From positions 42,883 to 106,882 of the forward strand of contig JAPLWI010000008.1 in assembly GCA_026396675.1 (NCBI GenBank): 64,000 nt of DNA. Reading direction: 5' to 3'. Source of the stretch: Candidatus Kaiserbacteria bacterium (lineage in GTDB: Bacteria > Patescibacteriota > Minisyncoccia > Phycocordibacterales > Phycocordibacteraceae). The notes beneath the pieces are model-generated. The model did no database searches. It was not told the origin of the DNA and saw only the letters and a program-made list of their open reading frames with translations. A program made the translations under genes and the position numbers. Of the stretch, positions 1 to 10,279 are shown piece after piece. The stretch's first letter is position 1. Every line of letters begins with the position of its first letter.

Positions 1-1030
<1,030 letters not shown>

Positions 1031-1050
1031 TTAGGTTTAAGGGATAAGGT

Positions 1051-1356
1051 TTAAGCGATAAGTAAAATTTCTGACTCAGAAACTATGTAGTATTCAATGT
1101 CATTCACTTTTATCGGCTCGTCCCATGGCTTCTTAAAAAAGACCGTGCCGCCCGTCTTCACCTCAACCGGAATGCGCTTCCCTTCATCATTTCGTCGGCC
1201 TGGACCAACTGCAATGACTTCCCCTTTTAAAAGCTTCTCCTTATTTACTGCCTCGGGAATGATAATCCCGGACGCGAGTCGCTTCTCGCCTTCTTTTTCA
1301 GACGGCTGAACTACAATGCGGTCGCCAAGCGGCTGAAGTGGAAATTTCTTTGCCAT
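1051..1356 (-). CDS. groES: Co-chaperonin GroES
   Basis: PLGDRIVV...SGIIIP...GEVIAVGPG motifs. Confidence 0.97.
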   Translation of the reverse strand: MAKKFPLQPLGDRIVVQPSEKEGEKRLASGIIIPEAVNKEKLLKGEVIAVGPGRRNDEGKRIPVEVKTGGTVFFKKPWDEPIKVNDIEYYIVSESEILLIA

Positions 1357-1426
1357 ATACCTTTATATAAATGAATAATCGCGCACGGGTAGAAGGAGTA
1401 TAGAGAAACTCTTGTGGTATAGCAAC

Positions 1427-1456
1427 TTGACAAAGACAGTACTGTCTTGCTATATT
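1427..1456 (+). promoter_or_regulatory. Sigma70-type promoter with a palindromic operator-like spacer
   Basis: TTGACA-18-TATATT; the spacer contains the perfect palindrome AAGACAGTACTGTCTT (1433-1448). Confidence 0.6.
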
Positions 1457-1504
1457 GGTTTCAGAAGTACGAAGTTAAATAAAAGAAGAAATTGGAGGTG
1501 CTAT

Positions 1505-1882
1505 ATGTTTGGTATCGTCTTGGGTTTGGTTGTTTTCTTTGTTTTTGGAGGTGCCGCGTGGTACTTCCTCGTTAGTAATGCGAAGGTTTTTGGCGCAGGC
1601 GTTGGTGTTATTGCTCTGGGTGCTCTTGCATTGACAGTCTTTAGCATTTCCCCAAACGAATTAGGGTACGGGCATGTACCCCAAAGTGCAGAAGAGTACA
1701 CGAAACGACTTGATGCAGGGGTAGTTTACAGGGCTCTTTCGTCCCACACCGTTGGAGTTGATCGTATCACCCTTATAAGTAGGACTGGTACATCAAAGTT
1801 CTACGCAATCAGGGTGAAGGATACGGGGCCGCTTCCAGAGAAATTCACTCTGGTTAACGGCAACCCTGTAGCTCTGCAGTAG
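1505..1882 (+). CDS. Hypothetical membrane protein (2 N-terminal TM segments)
   Basis: GGAGGTG SD before ATG 1505; hydrophobic N-terminus; own promoter and terminator. Confidence 0.75.
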   Translation: MFGIVLGLVVFFVFGGAAWYFLVSNAKVFGAGVGVIALGALALTVFSISPNELGYGHVPQSAEEYTKRLDAGVVYRALSSHTVGVDRITLISRTGTSKFYAIRVKDTGPLPEKFTLVNGNPVALQ

Positions 1883-1903
1883 TAGGTCAATTGCACAAAG
1901 AAC

Positions 1904-1931
1904 AACCCCCGCGAGGAATCGCGGGGGTTTT
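1904..1931 (+). terminator. Intrinsic terminator
   Basis: AACCCCCGCGA-GGAA-TCGCGGGGGTT followed by T tract. Confidence 0.75.
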
Positions 1932-2034
1932 GCTATCTAACTCACAACGCTTGACAAAAATATGGCGGTATGCTAGGATGGTCGAAGATGACCTTTACGG
2001 TCTTAATATAAATCAGTCGGAAAAGGGAGGAAGT

Positions 2035-2232
2035 ATGGATGGATTTGAAACATCTATTCGTTTCTTGATTGTTCTTGTTTTATTCTTTTATCTTGCTTTT
2101 GGCATCGTGCCGAGAGCGCTTGGGTATAGAAATGTACCCAACAAAATTGAAAAAATGGTTTGTGGGGAGACCACCAAAAGTACTGTTGTTTGGTACTATG
2201 GTTTTGACCCTGAAAAGGAGAAAGGTAATTAA
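2035..2232 (+). CDS. Small hypothetical membrane protein
   Basis: GGGAGG SD before ATG 2035; one TM; TTGACA promoter at about 1952. Confidence 0.6.
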   Translation: MDGFETSIRFLIVLVLFFYLAFGIVPRALGYRNVPNKIEKMVCGETTKSTVVWYYGFDPEKEKGN

Positions 2233-2277
2233 CCCCGCGAGGAAGCCCTGCTTCCGAGCGGGGTTTCTCTTTTTTTA
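2231..2277 (+). terminator. Intrinsic terminator
   Basis: AACCCCGC...GCGGGGTT hairpin plus T tract. Confidence 0.7.
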
Positions 2278-2393
2278 CCCGCACACCCAATTCGGCATCA
2301 TTCCTCTGGAATGCCTGCGGCCATGCCGAGTTGGGTGTTCGGGTATACACAGTTGCGCTCGCTTCCCTGTTCATGGTATTCTCTCCTGTACAG

Positions 2394-2633
2394 ATGGAGG
2401 CACTCGTATCGGCATTGCCGTACGCGGAAATTATCCTCTCGATCCTCCTCATTGTCGGCATCGTGCTCCAACAGCGCGGCGCGACCTTGGGTGGGGCTTT
2501 CGGAGGTGATAATTTCGCATCGACATTCTACAAGCGCAGGGGCGCTGAAAAATTTCTATTCAATGCGACAATCGGAATCGCCGTTCTCCTCGTACTAGCG
2601 GCGGTAGCGAACTTTCTTCTGGCGAATCCATGA
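2394..2633 (+). CDS. secG: Preprotein translocase subunit SecG
   Basis: IVLQQRGATLGGAFGG...RRGAEKFL motif; two TM segments. Confidence 0.92.
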   Translation: MEALVSALPYAEIILSILLIVGIVLQQRGATLGGAFGGDNFASTFYKRRGAEKFLFNATIGIAVLLVLAAVANFLLANP

Positions 2634-4384
2634 ACCCCATTAGAAATCTGATTTCTAATGGGGTGAATAAAGAATTGCGGGAACGACTTACGCGTATTCA
2701 GAACATTCCAGTTCTTGAACGTTTCAACGAACGCATTCGCGCTTTTTCTCCGAGCGATCGTATTATGTTTTATATTCTCGCGACCCTAGTCGGCATCGCC
2801 TCGCTTACAGGCCTTTATGCTCTTGAACAATCTCTCCTCAAACAAGTGCCCGCATACGGCGGAACGCTCGTTGAGGGCGAAGTAGGGAGTCCGCGATTTA
2901 TAAATCCACTTCTCGCTATCAGCGACGCCGACCGTGACCTTTCGGCACTCGCCTATGCCGGACTTATGGGCCTCTCTGGTTCTGGGAACCTAGTCCCAGT
3001 ACTCGCGAGCGACTATACTGTTTCAGCTGATGGAAAAGTGTATTCGTTTACCCTGCGTCCGAACGCTAAATTTTCAGACGGAGTGCCAGTTACAGCGCAG
3101 GATGTTGTCTTCACAATACAAAAAGCGCAGGATTCTGCACTAAAGAGTCCTGAATATGCGAACTGGTCGGGAATTATTGTTGAAGCTGTTGATTCGCATG
3201 TCGTGCGCTTCACTCTCCAAAAAGCGTATGCCCCTTTCCTAGGACTCACAACTTTAGGGATCCTACCTGCACACTTATGGCAGAACATATCAAACGAAGA
3301 ATTTGCATTCTCTACGCTCGAGACAAACCCAGTTGGAGCAGGGCCCTTCCGAGTAACGAGCGTTTCGCGTAATGCATCAGGACTCATACAGAGTGTATCG
3401 CTTACACAGAACTCTTTTTATGCGCTTGGACGACCGTATCTTGACGGCATTCGTTTTGACTTCTATTCACGAACAGAAGATCTCGTCGGTGCTCTTGCTG
3501 GCGGCGGTATAGAGAGCGCGTATGACATCCATTCAAATGGAACGACAGTAACCGCTCCGTATGCACGTGTCTTCGGCGTGTTCTGGAATCCAAGCGAAAA
3601 ACAAGTGTACGCTCGCGCGGAGGTTCGTAAGGCGCTCTCGCTCGCGCTCGACCGAAAAACAATTGCCGATACGGTGCTTGGCGGTTATGCGACAGCAATT
3701 ATGGGTCCTGTGCCACCAGGAAGAAAGGTGGAGCAGGTTCCAATTCCGCAATCGAGTAATCCGACGGAAACGGCTGCGGGAATACTTAAGGCAGCCGGAT
3801 GGACATATGACAGTTCTGCGCGCATTTGGAAAAATATAGGTGCAAAACAAACAATCGATAGTATTACAATACGAACTTCAAATGTTCCTGAATTAAAAAA
3901 TGTGGCGAGTGCTGTGAAAGCGGATTGGGAAAAACTCGGTATTCCAGTTACAATCGAGCTCTACGAGCCGGGCGATCTCTCACAAAATGTAATCCGTCCG
4001 CGTAAGTATGAAGCGCTTCTCTACGGTATGGTCATCGGCCGCGATCAAGACCTGTATGCTTTCTGGGATTCACAAGAGCGCAACGACCCTGGTTTGAATA
4101 TTGCGCTTTATGCGAACAAGACAATTGATAATCTCCTCGAAGATGCACGTAGTTCTACGAGCGAACAAGAACGAACTGCAGATCTTCAGAAAATCGAGAA
4201 TCTTGTCGCCGCAGATTACCCCGCCGCATTCTTGTATGCACCGAATTTCGTCTACGCAGTGCCGAATGATCTACAGGGTGTTGAATTGCCACAAATTATA
4301 ACGCCGTCCGATCGTTTCGCTTCAGTCGCATCGTGGTATCGCGTGACCGATAAAGTGTGGCCATTTTTAGTAAATAAAAAATAA
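2630..4384 (+). CDS. ABC transporter substrate-binding protein, family 5 (peptide/nickel)
   Basis: YSFTLRPNAKFSDGVPVTAQDVVFT and PVGAGPF motifs; N-terminal TM anchor. Confidence 0.9.
   Translation: MNPIRNLISNGVNKELRERLTRIQNIPVLERFNERIRAFSPSDRIMFYILATLVGIASLTGLYALEQSLLKQVPAYGGTLVEGEVGSPRFINPLLAISDADRDLSALAYAGLMGLSGSGNLVPVLASDYTVSADGKVYSFTLRPNAKFSDGVPVTAQDVVFTIQKAQDSALKSPEYANWSGIIVEAVDSHVVRFTLQKAYAPFLGLTTLGILPAHLWQNISNEEFAFSTLETNPVGAGPFRVTSVSRNASGLIQSVSLTQNSFYALGRPYLDGIRFDFYSRTEDLVGALAGGGIESAYDIHSNGTTVTAPYARVFGVFWNPSEKQVYARAEVRKALSLALDRKTIADTVLGGYATAIMGPVPPGRKVEQVPIPQSSNPTETAAGILKAAGWTYDSSARIWKNIGAKQTIDSITIRTSNVPELKNVASAVKADWEKLGIPVTIELYEPGDLSQNVIRPRKYEALLYGMVIGRDQDLYAFWDSQERNDPGLNIALYANKTIDNLLEDARSSTSEQERTADLQKIENLVAADYPAAFLYAPNFVYAVPNDLQGVELPQIITPSDRFASVASWYRVTDKVWPFLVNKK
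2634..2664. repeat. Palindromic micro-repeat within CDS N-terminus
   Basis: ACCCCATTAGAAAT-CTG-ATTTCTAATGGGGT, perfect 14-bp arms. Confidence 0.7.
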
Positions 4385-4395
4385 TTAACTTCTTT

Positions 4396-6360
4396 ATGAA
4401 TTCAGCACCAGCCCCGGCACCGAGTCCGGCAAATCCGAGTCCTTCGCGCGATGAACATTCTTTCTCTCGTCCTTCTTCTCCGCGGCGTTTTGACAAAAGA
4501 GGAAGTCGTCCACTTGGACAACGCCCGCCCGTAAGTTCGCCTCGCCGAGGATTTAGCGAGGCGAGTAGGAAGGGGCCACGCCCAGGAGGCGCAACGCGTC
4601 GAATTCAACGAATTCTTCGTCGCCCATCGGCGAACCCGACACATCGGATTAAGAGCGCCGATTACTTCCCTTCTCAGCCGAGCGCGACAACGGTTCGCAT
4701 TATTCCGCTCGGCGGAGTAGAAGAAGTGGGGCGCAACATGATTGCCGTTGAGGTCGGTGCGACCGGCGACATTCTCGTTTTCGATGCAGGTTTTCAATTC
4801 GTTTCCGAAGATGTGTCTCCGGGCGTTGATTATATTCTCCCAAACACAAAGTATCTTGAGAAGAATGCCGAGCGAGTGAAGGGGGTCATCATTACGCACG
4901 GACACCTCGATCACATCGGCGGTATTCCTTTCACATTGCCGCGTTTCGGGAACCCTCCTGTATACACTCAGAATCTCACTTCAATAATGATTCAGAAACG
5001 GCAAGAGGAATATCCAGATATCCCGAAGCCAGAATTGATAATCGTTGAAATCGGCCAAACTGTAACTATCGGTAAGACGCGCGTAAAATTTTTCCCAGTT
5101 ACGCATTCAATTCCCGACTCCATGGGCGTGTCAATTGAAACGCCGCAAGGCAACGTGGTCATCACCGGTGACTTGAAACTTGAACACGATGACGGCATTC
5201 CTTCAGAACGCGAGGTAAAGACCTGGGGCGATATCGGCAAAGACAATAATATTTTCTTTATCGCCGATTCGACGAACGCCGAAAAAGACGGGTTCTCTAT
5301 TCCCGAGAAACGCGTCATTCAAACGTTGGAAGATATTGTGAAGACGGTTTCCGGACGCCTTATTATCGGCACTTTCGCTTCGCAATTTGAGCGCATGATT
5401 CATATCATAGAGATAGCGGAAAAATTGCATAAAAAAGTCGTTACTGAAGGTCGCTCCATCAAAACCAACCTTGAAATCGCAGAAAAAGTTGGGCTTTTGA
5501 AGATTAATAAAGATACTCTCATTCCCGCACAAGATATCGGGGACTATCCGCCAGATAAAATCGTCATTCTTTCAACCGGCGCACAGGGAGAAGAATTCGC
5601 CGCCTTGATGCGTATCGCAACCAAACAGCATAAATACATCATGCTTTCTGAACGCGACACGATTGTACTTTCATCATCGGTTATTCCGGGAAATGAGCTC
5701 AATGTGCAGAAATTGAAGGATAATCTCTACCGTCATGGCGTTACGCTTATCAATTATCGTTCGTCGGATGTTCACTCGACTGGCCATGGCAACACAGGCG
5801 AACTCGTGTGGATTAATAAACAGGTTCATCCGAAATTCTTTATGCCCTCTTACGGCTACCATTCAATGCTTCGTTGCCACGCGAAGGCCGTCGAGCAATC
5901 GGGATTCCCTCGAGAAAACATCGTCATTCCTGACAATGGCTTCGTCATCGACATTGAAGATGGTGAACGGATGAATGTACACAAGCAGAAAGTACCCTCC
6001 ACACCGATGGTTGTTGACGGATTCAATATCGGTGATATACAGGAAGTCGTAATTCGTGATCGCCAGTCACTCGCGAAGGATGGTATGTTCGTCATCATCG
6101 CGAGCGTCAATCTTAAGACCGGCAAATTGCGTAAGTCGCCTGATATTATCAGCCGCGGCTTTATTTATCTGCGCGAATCGCAGAATCTTCTAAACGAAGC
6201 GCGCATTCTCATCAAAAAAACAGTTGAGGATTCAACACGCAATATGAATCCGATTGATTTGGATTATGTAAAAAATAATCTGACTGATGTAATGGCGGGC
6301 TACCTCTTCAATCGCACCAACAAAGCCCCGATGGTGATTCCTGTCCTGATTGGGATGTAA
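4396..6360 (+). CDS. rnj: Ribonuclease J
   Basis: PLGGVEEVGRNM, THGHLDHIGG, HSIPD and VHSTGHG motifs; disordered N-terminal extension. Confidence 0.95.
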   Translation: MNSAPAPAPSPANPSPSRDEHSFSRPSSPRRFDKRGSRPLGQRPPVSSPRRGFSEASRKGPRPGGATRRIQRILRRPSANPTHRIKSADYFPSQPSATTVRIIPLGGVEEVGRNMIAVEVGATGDILVFDAGFQFVSEDVSPGVDYILPNTKYLEKNAERVKGVIITHGHLDHIGGIPFTLPRFGNPPVYTQNLTSIMIQKRQEEYPDIPKPELIIVEIGQTVTIGKTRVKFFPVTHSIPDSMGVSIETPQGNVVITGDLKLEHDDGIPSEREVKTWGDIGKDNNIFFIADSTNAEKDGFSIPEKRVIQTLEDIVKTVSGRLIIGTFASQFERMIHIIEIAEKLHKKVVTEGRSIKTNLEIAEKVGLLKINKDTLIPAQDIGDYPPDKIVILSTGAQGEEFAALMRIATKQHKYIMLSERDTIVLSSSVIPGNELNVQKLKDNLYRHGVTLINYRSSDVHSTGHGNTGELVWINKQVHPKFFMPSYGYHSMLRCHAKAVEQSGFPRENIVIPDNGFVIDIEDGERMNVHKQKVPSTPMVVDGFNIGDIQEVVIRDRQSLAKDGMFVIIASVNLKTGKLRKSPDIISRGFIYLRESQNLLNEARILIKKTVEDSTRNMNPIDLDYVKNNLTDVMAGYLFNRTNKAPMVIPVLIGM

Positions 6361-6443
6361 AAACAAAAGGACTCTCCTCCGCTCTGCAAATTTCTTTGCA
6401 AAGTTTCAGAGAGTTCAAATGTAAAAAGATCAAAAAGAATTAG

Positions 6444-7058
6444 TCAGCGGGAGACAACCTGATTATTGATATCCCACTTGAGCAGGCTCGCGACTGAATA
6501 GGCCTCAATAAACCAACCGTCATCGTCGGAGTCGGTGTTCCAGCGCGCGTACATAACCCAGTCAGCAACATAAAAGACATACAATTTGCTCTTGCCAGCG
6601 GTCTTTAGAAATTCAAAGACATGTGCGAGAGCGATTACAGCCGTGTCGCCGAGTTCTGCGAGAATTGAAACATCGCACGACCGTTCCTTCAATTTCTGAA
6701 TACGAAGCATCGCCGGGGCGATGCTCGTTTCCATCTTAATGAGAAGATTTTTCTTGAAGTTCGAACCGAGCCAGGCGATTTTTACACCATCGGTCGTCTT
6801 CCCTTCGCGGAATTTCTCTGCAGCAATAAATAAATCGGTGCCGGTGACTCCGACGGCGGCGATGTGTTCGAGAATTGATGCCTTCTCGTTTGTTTTTCTA
6901 TCCGCAGTCGCTAAATTCACAGTAAGAGCCGCAAGATCTGCAAGGAACTTCGGGTCAAGGTTGATCCGAGCCGCTACTACGCCTGCGCTATCACCGAGTG
7001 CAGCCCAGAATTTTTTGGTTGTCTCATGGGGCATTTTTGCCCACGGTATTCTTTCCAT
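6444..7058 (-). CDS. Hypothetical protein with C-terminus resembling CPR DGR target (CLec-like) proteins
   Basis: AAGGAGG SD; ends W..A.S...W....VVSR*. Confidence 0.6.
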   Translation of the reverse strand: MERIPWAKMPHETTKKFWAALGDSAGVVAARINLDPKFLADLAALTVNLATADRKTNEKASILEHIAAVGVTGTDLFIAAEKFREGKTTDGVKIAWLGSNFKKNLLIKMETSIAPAMLRIQKLKERSCDVSILAELGDTAVIALAHVFEFLKTAGKSKLYVFYVADWVMYARWNTDSDDDGWFIEAYSVASLLKWDINNQVVSR

Positions 7059-7164
7059 GACTACCTCCTTCTTAAAGATCTTATTTTACTTTCTGCCCGC
7101 ACCTTACGGCACTTCTCGTAATTCGTCAACTAATCTGCACGAGGTCGAACCTCGTGTAAGTTAG

Positions 7165-7860
7165 TCAAGCTGCCTTCGGCCCGCCTCGCCTTGACGGGCG
7201 AGTCGAGGCGGGCCAGCGGAGGGCGGCTGGTGGCCAGAGTTTCGTGAGAGGATGATTTGTGCAGTCGTGTGAGCGCGCTGGACAAACATATCGGCCATAC
7301 AGAACAAGGCCATTGTTCACATATTTCCAGTCATTTTTTGGAATGAGCATTTCCAAATCTTTCGAGATTTTTGTCGGGTTATTGTTGTCGGTAAGGTCAA
7401 AGCGTTTTGCAAAACGCATTACATGCGTGTCAGTGGCTATTCCCTCCCAAATATTGTATAGCTCGCCGAGGACGACATGGGCGGTTTTATAGCCGATGCC
7501 GGACAGTCCAATGAGCTCCGTTTCACTACGCGGCACAATGCTGTTATATTTCTCTTTGATTATTTTTGCCGCGCCGATAATTGCCTTTGCTTTATTTCGG
7601 AAAAATGGAATGGAAGAAATCTCTTTCATAAAAATCGCTGGGTTTGCTTCCGCAAAATCTTTCACTGTTTTATATTTCTTGAAAAGTTTTGCCGTACATT
7701 CATTTACTTTTTTATCTGTACATTGTGCCGAAAGAATAACTGCAACAACAAATTGAAACGGCGTTTGATATGTGAGTTCACTTTTTGGTTTTGGATAGGT
7801 TTTCTTCAAATAAGCAACGATTTTTTTCGCTCGATGCTCCCGTTCAATACTATTCGTCAT
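7165..7860 (-). CDS. nth: Endonuclease III
   Basis: VILSAQCTD, HhH motif LSGIGYKTA, TDTHV. Confidence 0.93.
   Translation of the reverse strand: MTNSIEREHRAKKIVAYLKKTYPKPKSELTYQTPFQFVVAVILSAQCTDKKVNECTAKLFKKYKTVKDFAEANPAIFMKEISSIPFFRNKAKAIIGAAKIIKEKYNSIVPRSETELIGLSGIGYKTAHVVLGELYNIWEGIATDTHVMRFAKRFDLTDNNNPTKISKDLEMLIPKNDWKYVNNGLVLYGRYVCPARSHDCTNHPLTKLWPPAALRWPASTRPSRRGGPKAA
7178..7214. repeat. Palindromic micro-repeat inserted in frame in nth 3' end
   Basis: GGCCCGCCTCG...CGAGGCGGGCC; adds PASTRPSRRGG between W and PKAA. Confidence 0.65.
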
Positions 7861-9020
7861 AGATTAAGCGTCTGTTCTTCGTGAGGAAAAGCGAAATTGA
7901 AGAAAATAACCAGTAGCGCGCCCATAGAAAAAGTAGTGAGAAGAATCACGATGAAAAGACCGATGAATGGAATGAGCGCAATGAGAGAAAATGCGAGCAT
8001 GCCGAGAACGCCATCATGCCACAATACTGTTTCGCGATGCGCGAAACGATTCGCGAACATACCGCCGAGAAGAATACCTGCATACATAAGCGACAGAAAC
8101 ACAATAAAAGCATATGCAATGAAGGCAAGGAGTGCGATACCAATACCGACGAAAGTAAGTGCGAGAACGATGAGTAAAATCGGTGTAGCTACAAGCATAG
8201 CAAAACCGAGCAGAAGAGTTAATAAGATACTGCGTACACGCCTTCTGCTGGCACGTTCGACTACTGCTTCTGCGAGGCGTGGGAAAAGACCGGCGAGTAG
8301 ACCGGCGAGAATAAGAACGCTCAAAATGCGCACAAAGAGAAAGAATCCGACGCTCGCGAGTGCAAGTGTTCGTGAAGTCCCAGCATCCGGCAGATATGAA
8401 ATGTTCGTATATGTGGTGCCACCGACTATAGTAGCGGATACCGGAATAGATGCCGCTTCGGGTGCTTCGTAAGATAATGCCCCCATAATTTTAGTTCCAG
8501 GTGCGATAGTGACTCGACCGCTCGCGACAATGTTTACATTATTTGCGAAGTCACCAGCAAGTGACACATTGTTTCCATAAATCGTAACCGGACCTGAAGC
8601 GCCGTTTGTGAGAGTGGTGTTCAAGGCAATGATAAAAACATTTCCACCTGCCCGTCCGGAATCATTCACGGAAATACCGAGAGCAACCAGATCGCCTGCA
8701 ATTGGTTTCTCAATTGCGATACTCCCACCGACGGCTCTAAAATCGCCCATTACCGGCGCGCGCGAATCAATGGAACCAGCGAAAAGAAGTTCGTCGCCGG
8801 TTACTGGCGCGGCAGAAACAATATTGCCGCCAACTGCCGATAGATCCCCTTTCACTGGCGCGGTAATCACAACAGAAATGCCGGCAGTATACGCATTGCC
8901 TGGCGAAGAACTAGCTGTGTTAAGCGAGCGTGCCGCTGAAAAAGATGCTGGAGCATTCGCCGCGAGAGCACTCGCTGGAATGAGGAACGAGATGAATAGA
9001 AAAAGAAAAAAACGATTCAT
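7857..9020 (-). CDS. Membrane protein with beta-helix (bactofilin/polymer-forming-like) repeats and C-terminal TM bundle
   Basis: Signal peptide; repeated V.GD....GG.I pattern; about 6 TM. Confidence 0.7.
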   Translation of the reverse strand: MNRFFLFLFISFLIPASALAANAPASFSAARSLNTASSSPGNAYTAGISVVITAPVKGDLSAVGGNIVSAAPVTGDELLFAGSIDSRAPVMGDFRAVGGSIAIEKPIAGDLVALGISVNDSGRAGGNVFIIALNTTLTNGASGPVTIYGNNVSLAGDFANNVNIVASGRVTIAPGTKIMGALSYEAPEAASIPVSATIVGGTTYTNISYLPDAGTSRTLALASVGFFLFVRILSVLILAGLLAGLFPRLAEAVVERASRRRVRSILLTLLLGFAMLVATPILLIVLALTFVGIGIALLAFIAYAFIVFLSLMYAGILLGGMFANRFAHRETVLWHDGVLGMLAFSLIALIPFIGLFIVILLTTFSMGALLVIFFNFAFPHEEQTLNL

Positions 9021-9028
9021 AGAAATTA

Positions 9029-9475
9029 TTATGAGGGTGGACGGTAGAGAGAACTTTTTCGTAATGGTTCAATGAGACATGCAAAAATGAAAATACCGAT
9101 TGCCACACCAGCGGAAGCCAAGCAATAGACACAAAGTGCCTTTACAACAAAAAATTCAATGAAAGTAAGATAAAACGATATGGCGATACCGACAAGCGAG
9201 ACACCTTGAAGAATGCGCCGCAAAAGTCGATCAAAGATTACGAGCTCAAGCGCGGCAACAATAAACATGAAAGCGCAAAAAATGACGCCGTACTCGGCAA
9301 GCGACACGCCAAAAAATCGCGCATACTGACTTGCGGCAACGATGTTACAACCGGAAAGATTCTCAACATTACAGAGAAGCGGAGTATTGCTCGCCTCATG
9401 CTGAGCGAGATATATCGAGTCAGAGAGGCCGCAAAAAGCGAGAATTAGTATACAGACGACACCTGCACGCTTCAT
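9029..9475 (-). CDS. Vitamin K epoxide reductase (VKOR) family protein
   Basis: Loop cysteines C...SGC and CVYC redox motif; 4 TM. Confidence 0.88.
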   Translation of the reverse strand: MKRAGVVCILILAFCGLSDSIYLAQHEASNTPLLCNVENLSGCNIVAASQYARFFGVSLAEYGVIFCAFMFIVAALELVIFDRLLRRILQGVSLVGIAISFYLTFIEFFVVKALCVYCLASAGVAIGIFIFACLIEPLRKSSLYRPPS

Positions 9476-9574
9476 ACCCACAGAATACGCGTCTTGTTGG
9501 CTTGGTGCAATCTGCTTAATTCAGGTGCGCCAGTTTAATAAATGGGCTCCTTTTGTTTTTGCGAATTATTTTTT

Positions 9575-10231
9575 CTACAGTATATCCTTATATTTCTCCT
9601 TTCCAGCATCTACCCTCTTTTTTTGCTCATATTCTTCTTTCCTCTTTTCCTCTTCTTCTCCCTTTTTTCTTTCTTGCATCTCTTTATATTTTGGACTTTC
9701 TTCCCATTCTTTCTTTTTCTTTTCTTCTTCTTCCTCTCTTCTCTTCTCCTCTTCTTCTGCACGAATTTCTTTATCAGCTTCCTCTTCAAAAGAATTAAAA
9801 ATACCGCCGTCCTGAAGATTTGCTACATCTCGATATTTATTAAACAACTCAATAGCAAGTTCGTCATCGATTTGTTCCCCGTCAATTTCTCCATGTGCTT
9901 TATATTTTGACCAGTCGTGTTTTGCCTGTTGATCAAGTTCGATATAAATTTGATGTTCGCCTATCTTACCTTCCAACACTCCATTATTGCCAGTTTGAAA
10001 TTCTTCATCATAAAGTCTTTGTAAATCTTTTTTTGTTATATCTTTTTTGATATTACTTGCAATTCTCAAATCAAATTTACCTTCCTTTAAATCTCTAAAT
10101 AATTCTCTCCCGATATTTTCTATCGCCTTTTCTCTCATACTAGACATTTTTTCTTCTTTTTTGTTCATCATTCCCTTGGCTTCATTTAACTCTTTCGTAG
10201 ATGGGCGATATTGTTCTGGTGATTTTGTCAT
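9575..10231 (-). CDS. Low-GC, highly charged hypothetical protein
   Basis: 218-aa ORF with E/K-rich coiled-coil C-terminus; AT-rich relative to neighbours. Confidence 0.7.
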   Translation of the reverse strand: MTKSPEQYRPSTKELNEAKGMMNKKEEKMSSMREKAIENIGRELFRDLKEGKFDLRIASNIKKDITKKDLQRLYDEEFQTGNNGVLEGKIGEHQIYIELDQQAKHDWSKYKAHGEIDGEQIDDELAIELFNKYRDVANLQDGGIFNSFEEEADKEIRAEEEEKRREEEEEKKKKEWEESPKYKEMQERKKGEEEEKRKEEYEQKKRVDAGKEKYKDIL

Positions 10232-10279
10232 ATGCTCGCAATTCTACCCCCCCCATTTTGCTGTCAATGAATTACTTGT

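Noticed and set aside
1357-1426. CIRCE element upstream of groES
   Set aside because: No TTAGCACTC-N9-GAGTGCTAA match.
9516-9546. Possible displaced tail of the 10280-11164 gene after the low-GC orphan
   Set aside because: Translation (PFIKLAHLN*) does not match the active C-terminus.
9525-9910. Phe/Ser/Leu-rich plus-strand ORFs
   Set aside because: Reverse complement of the E/K-rich gene at 9575-10231.
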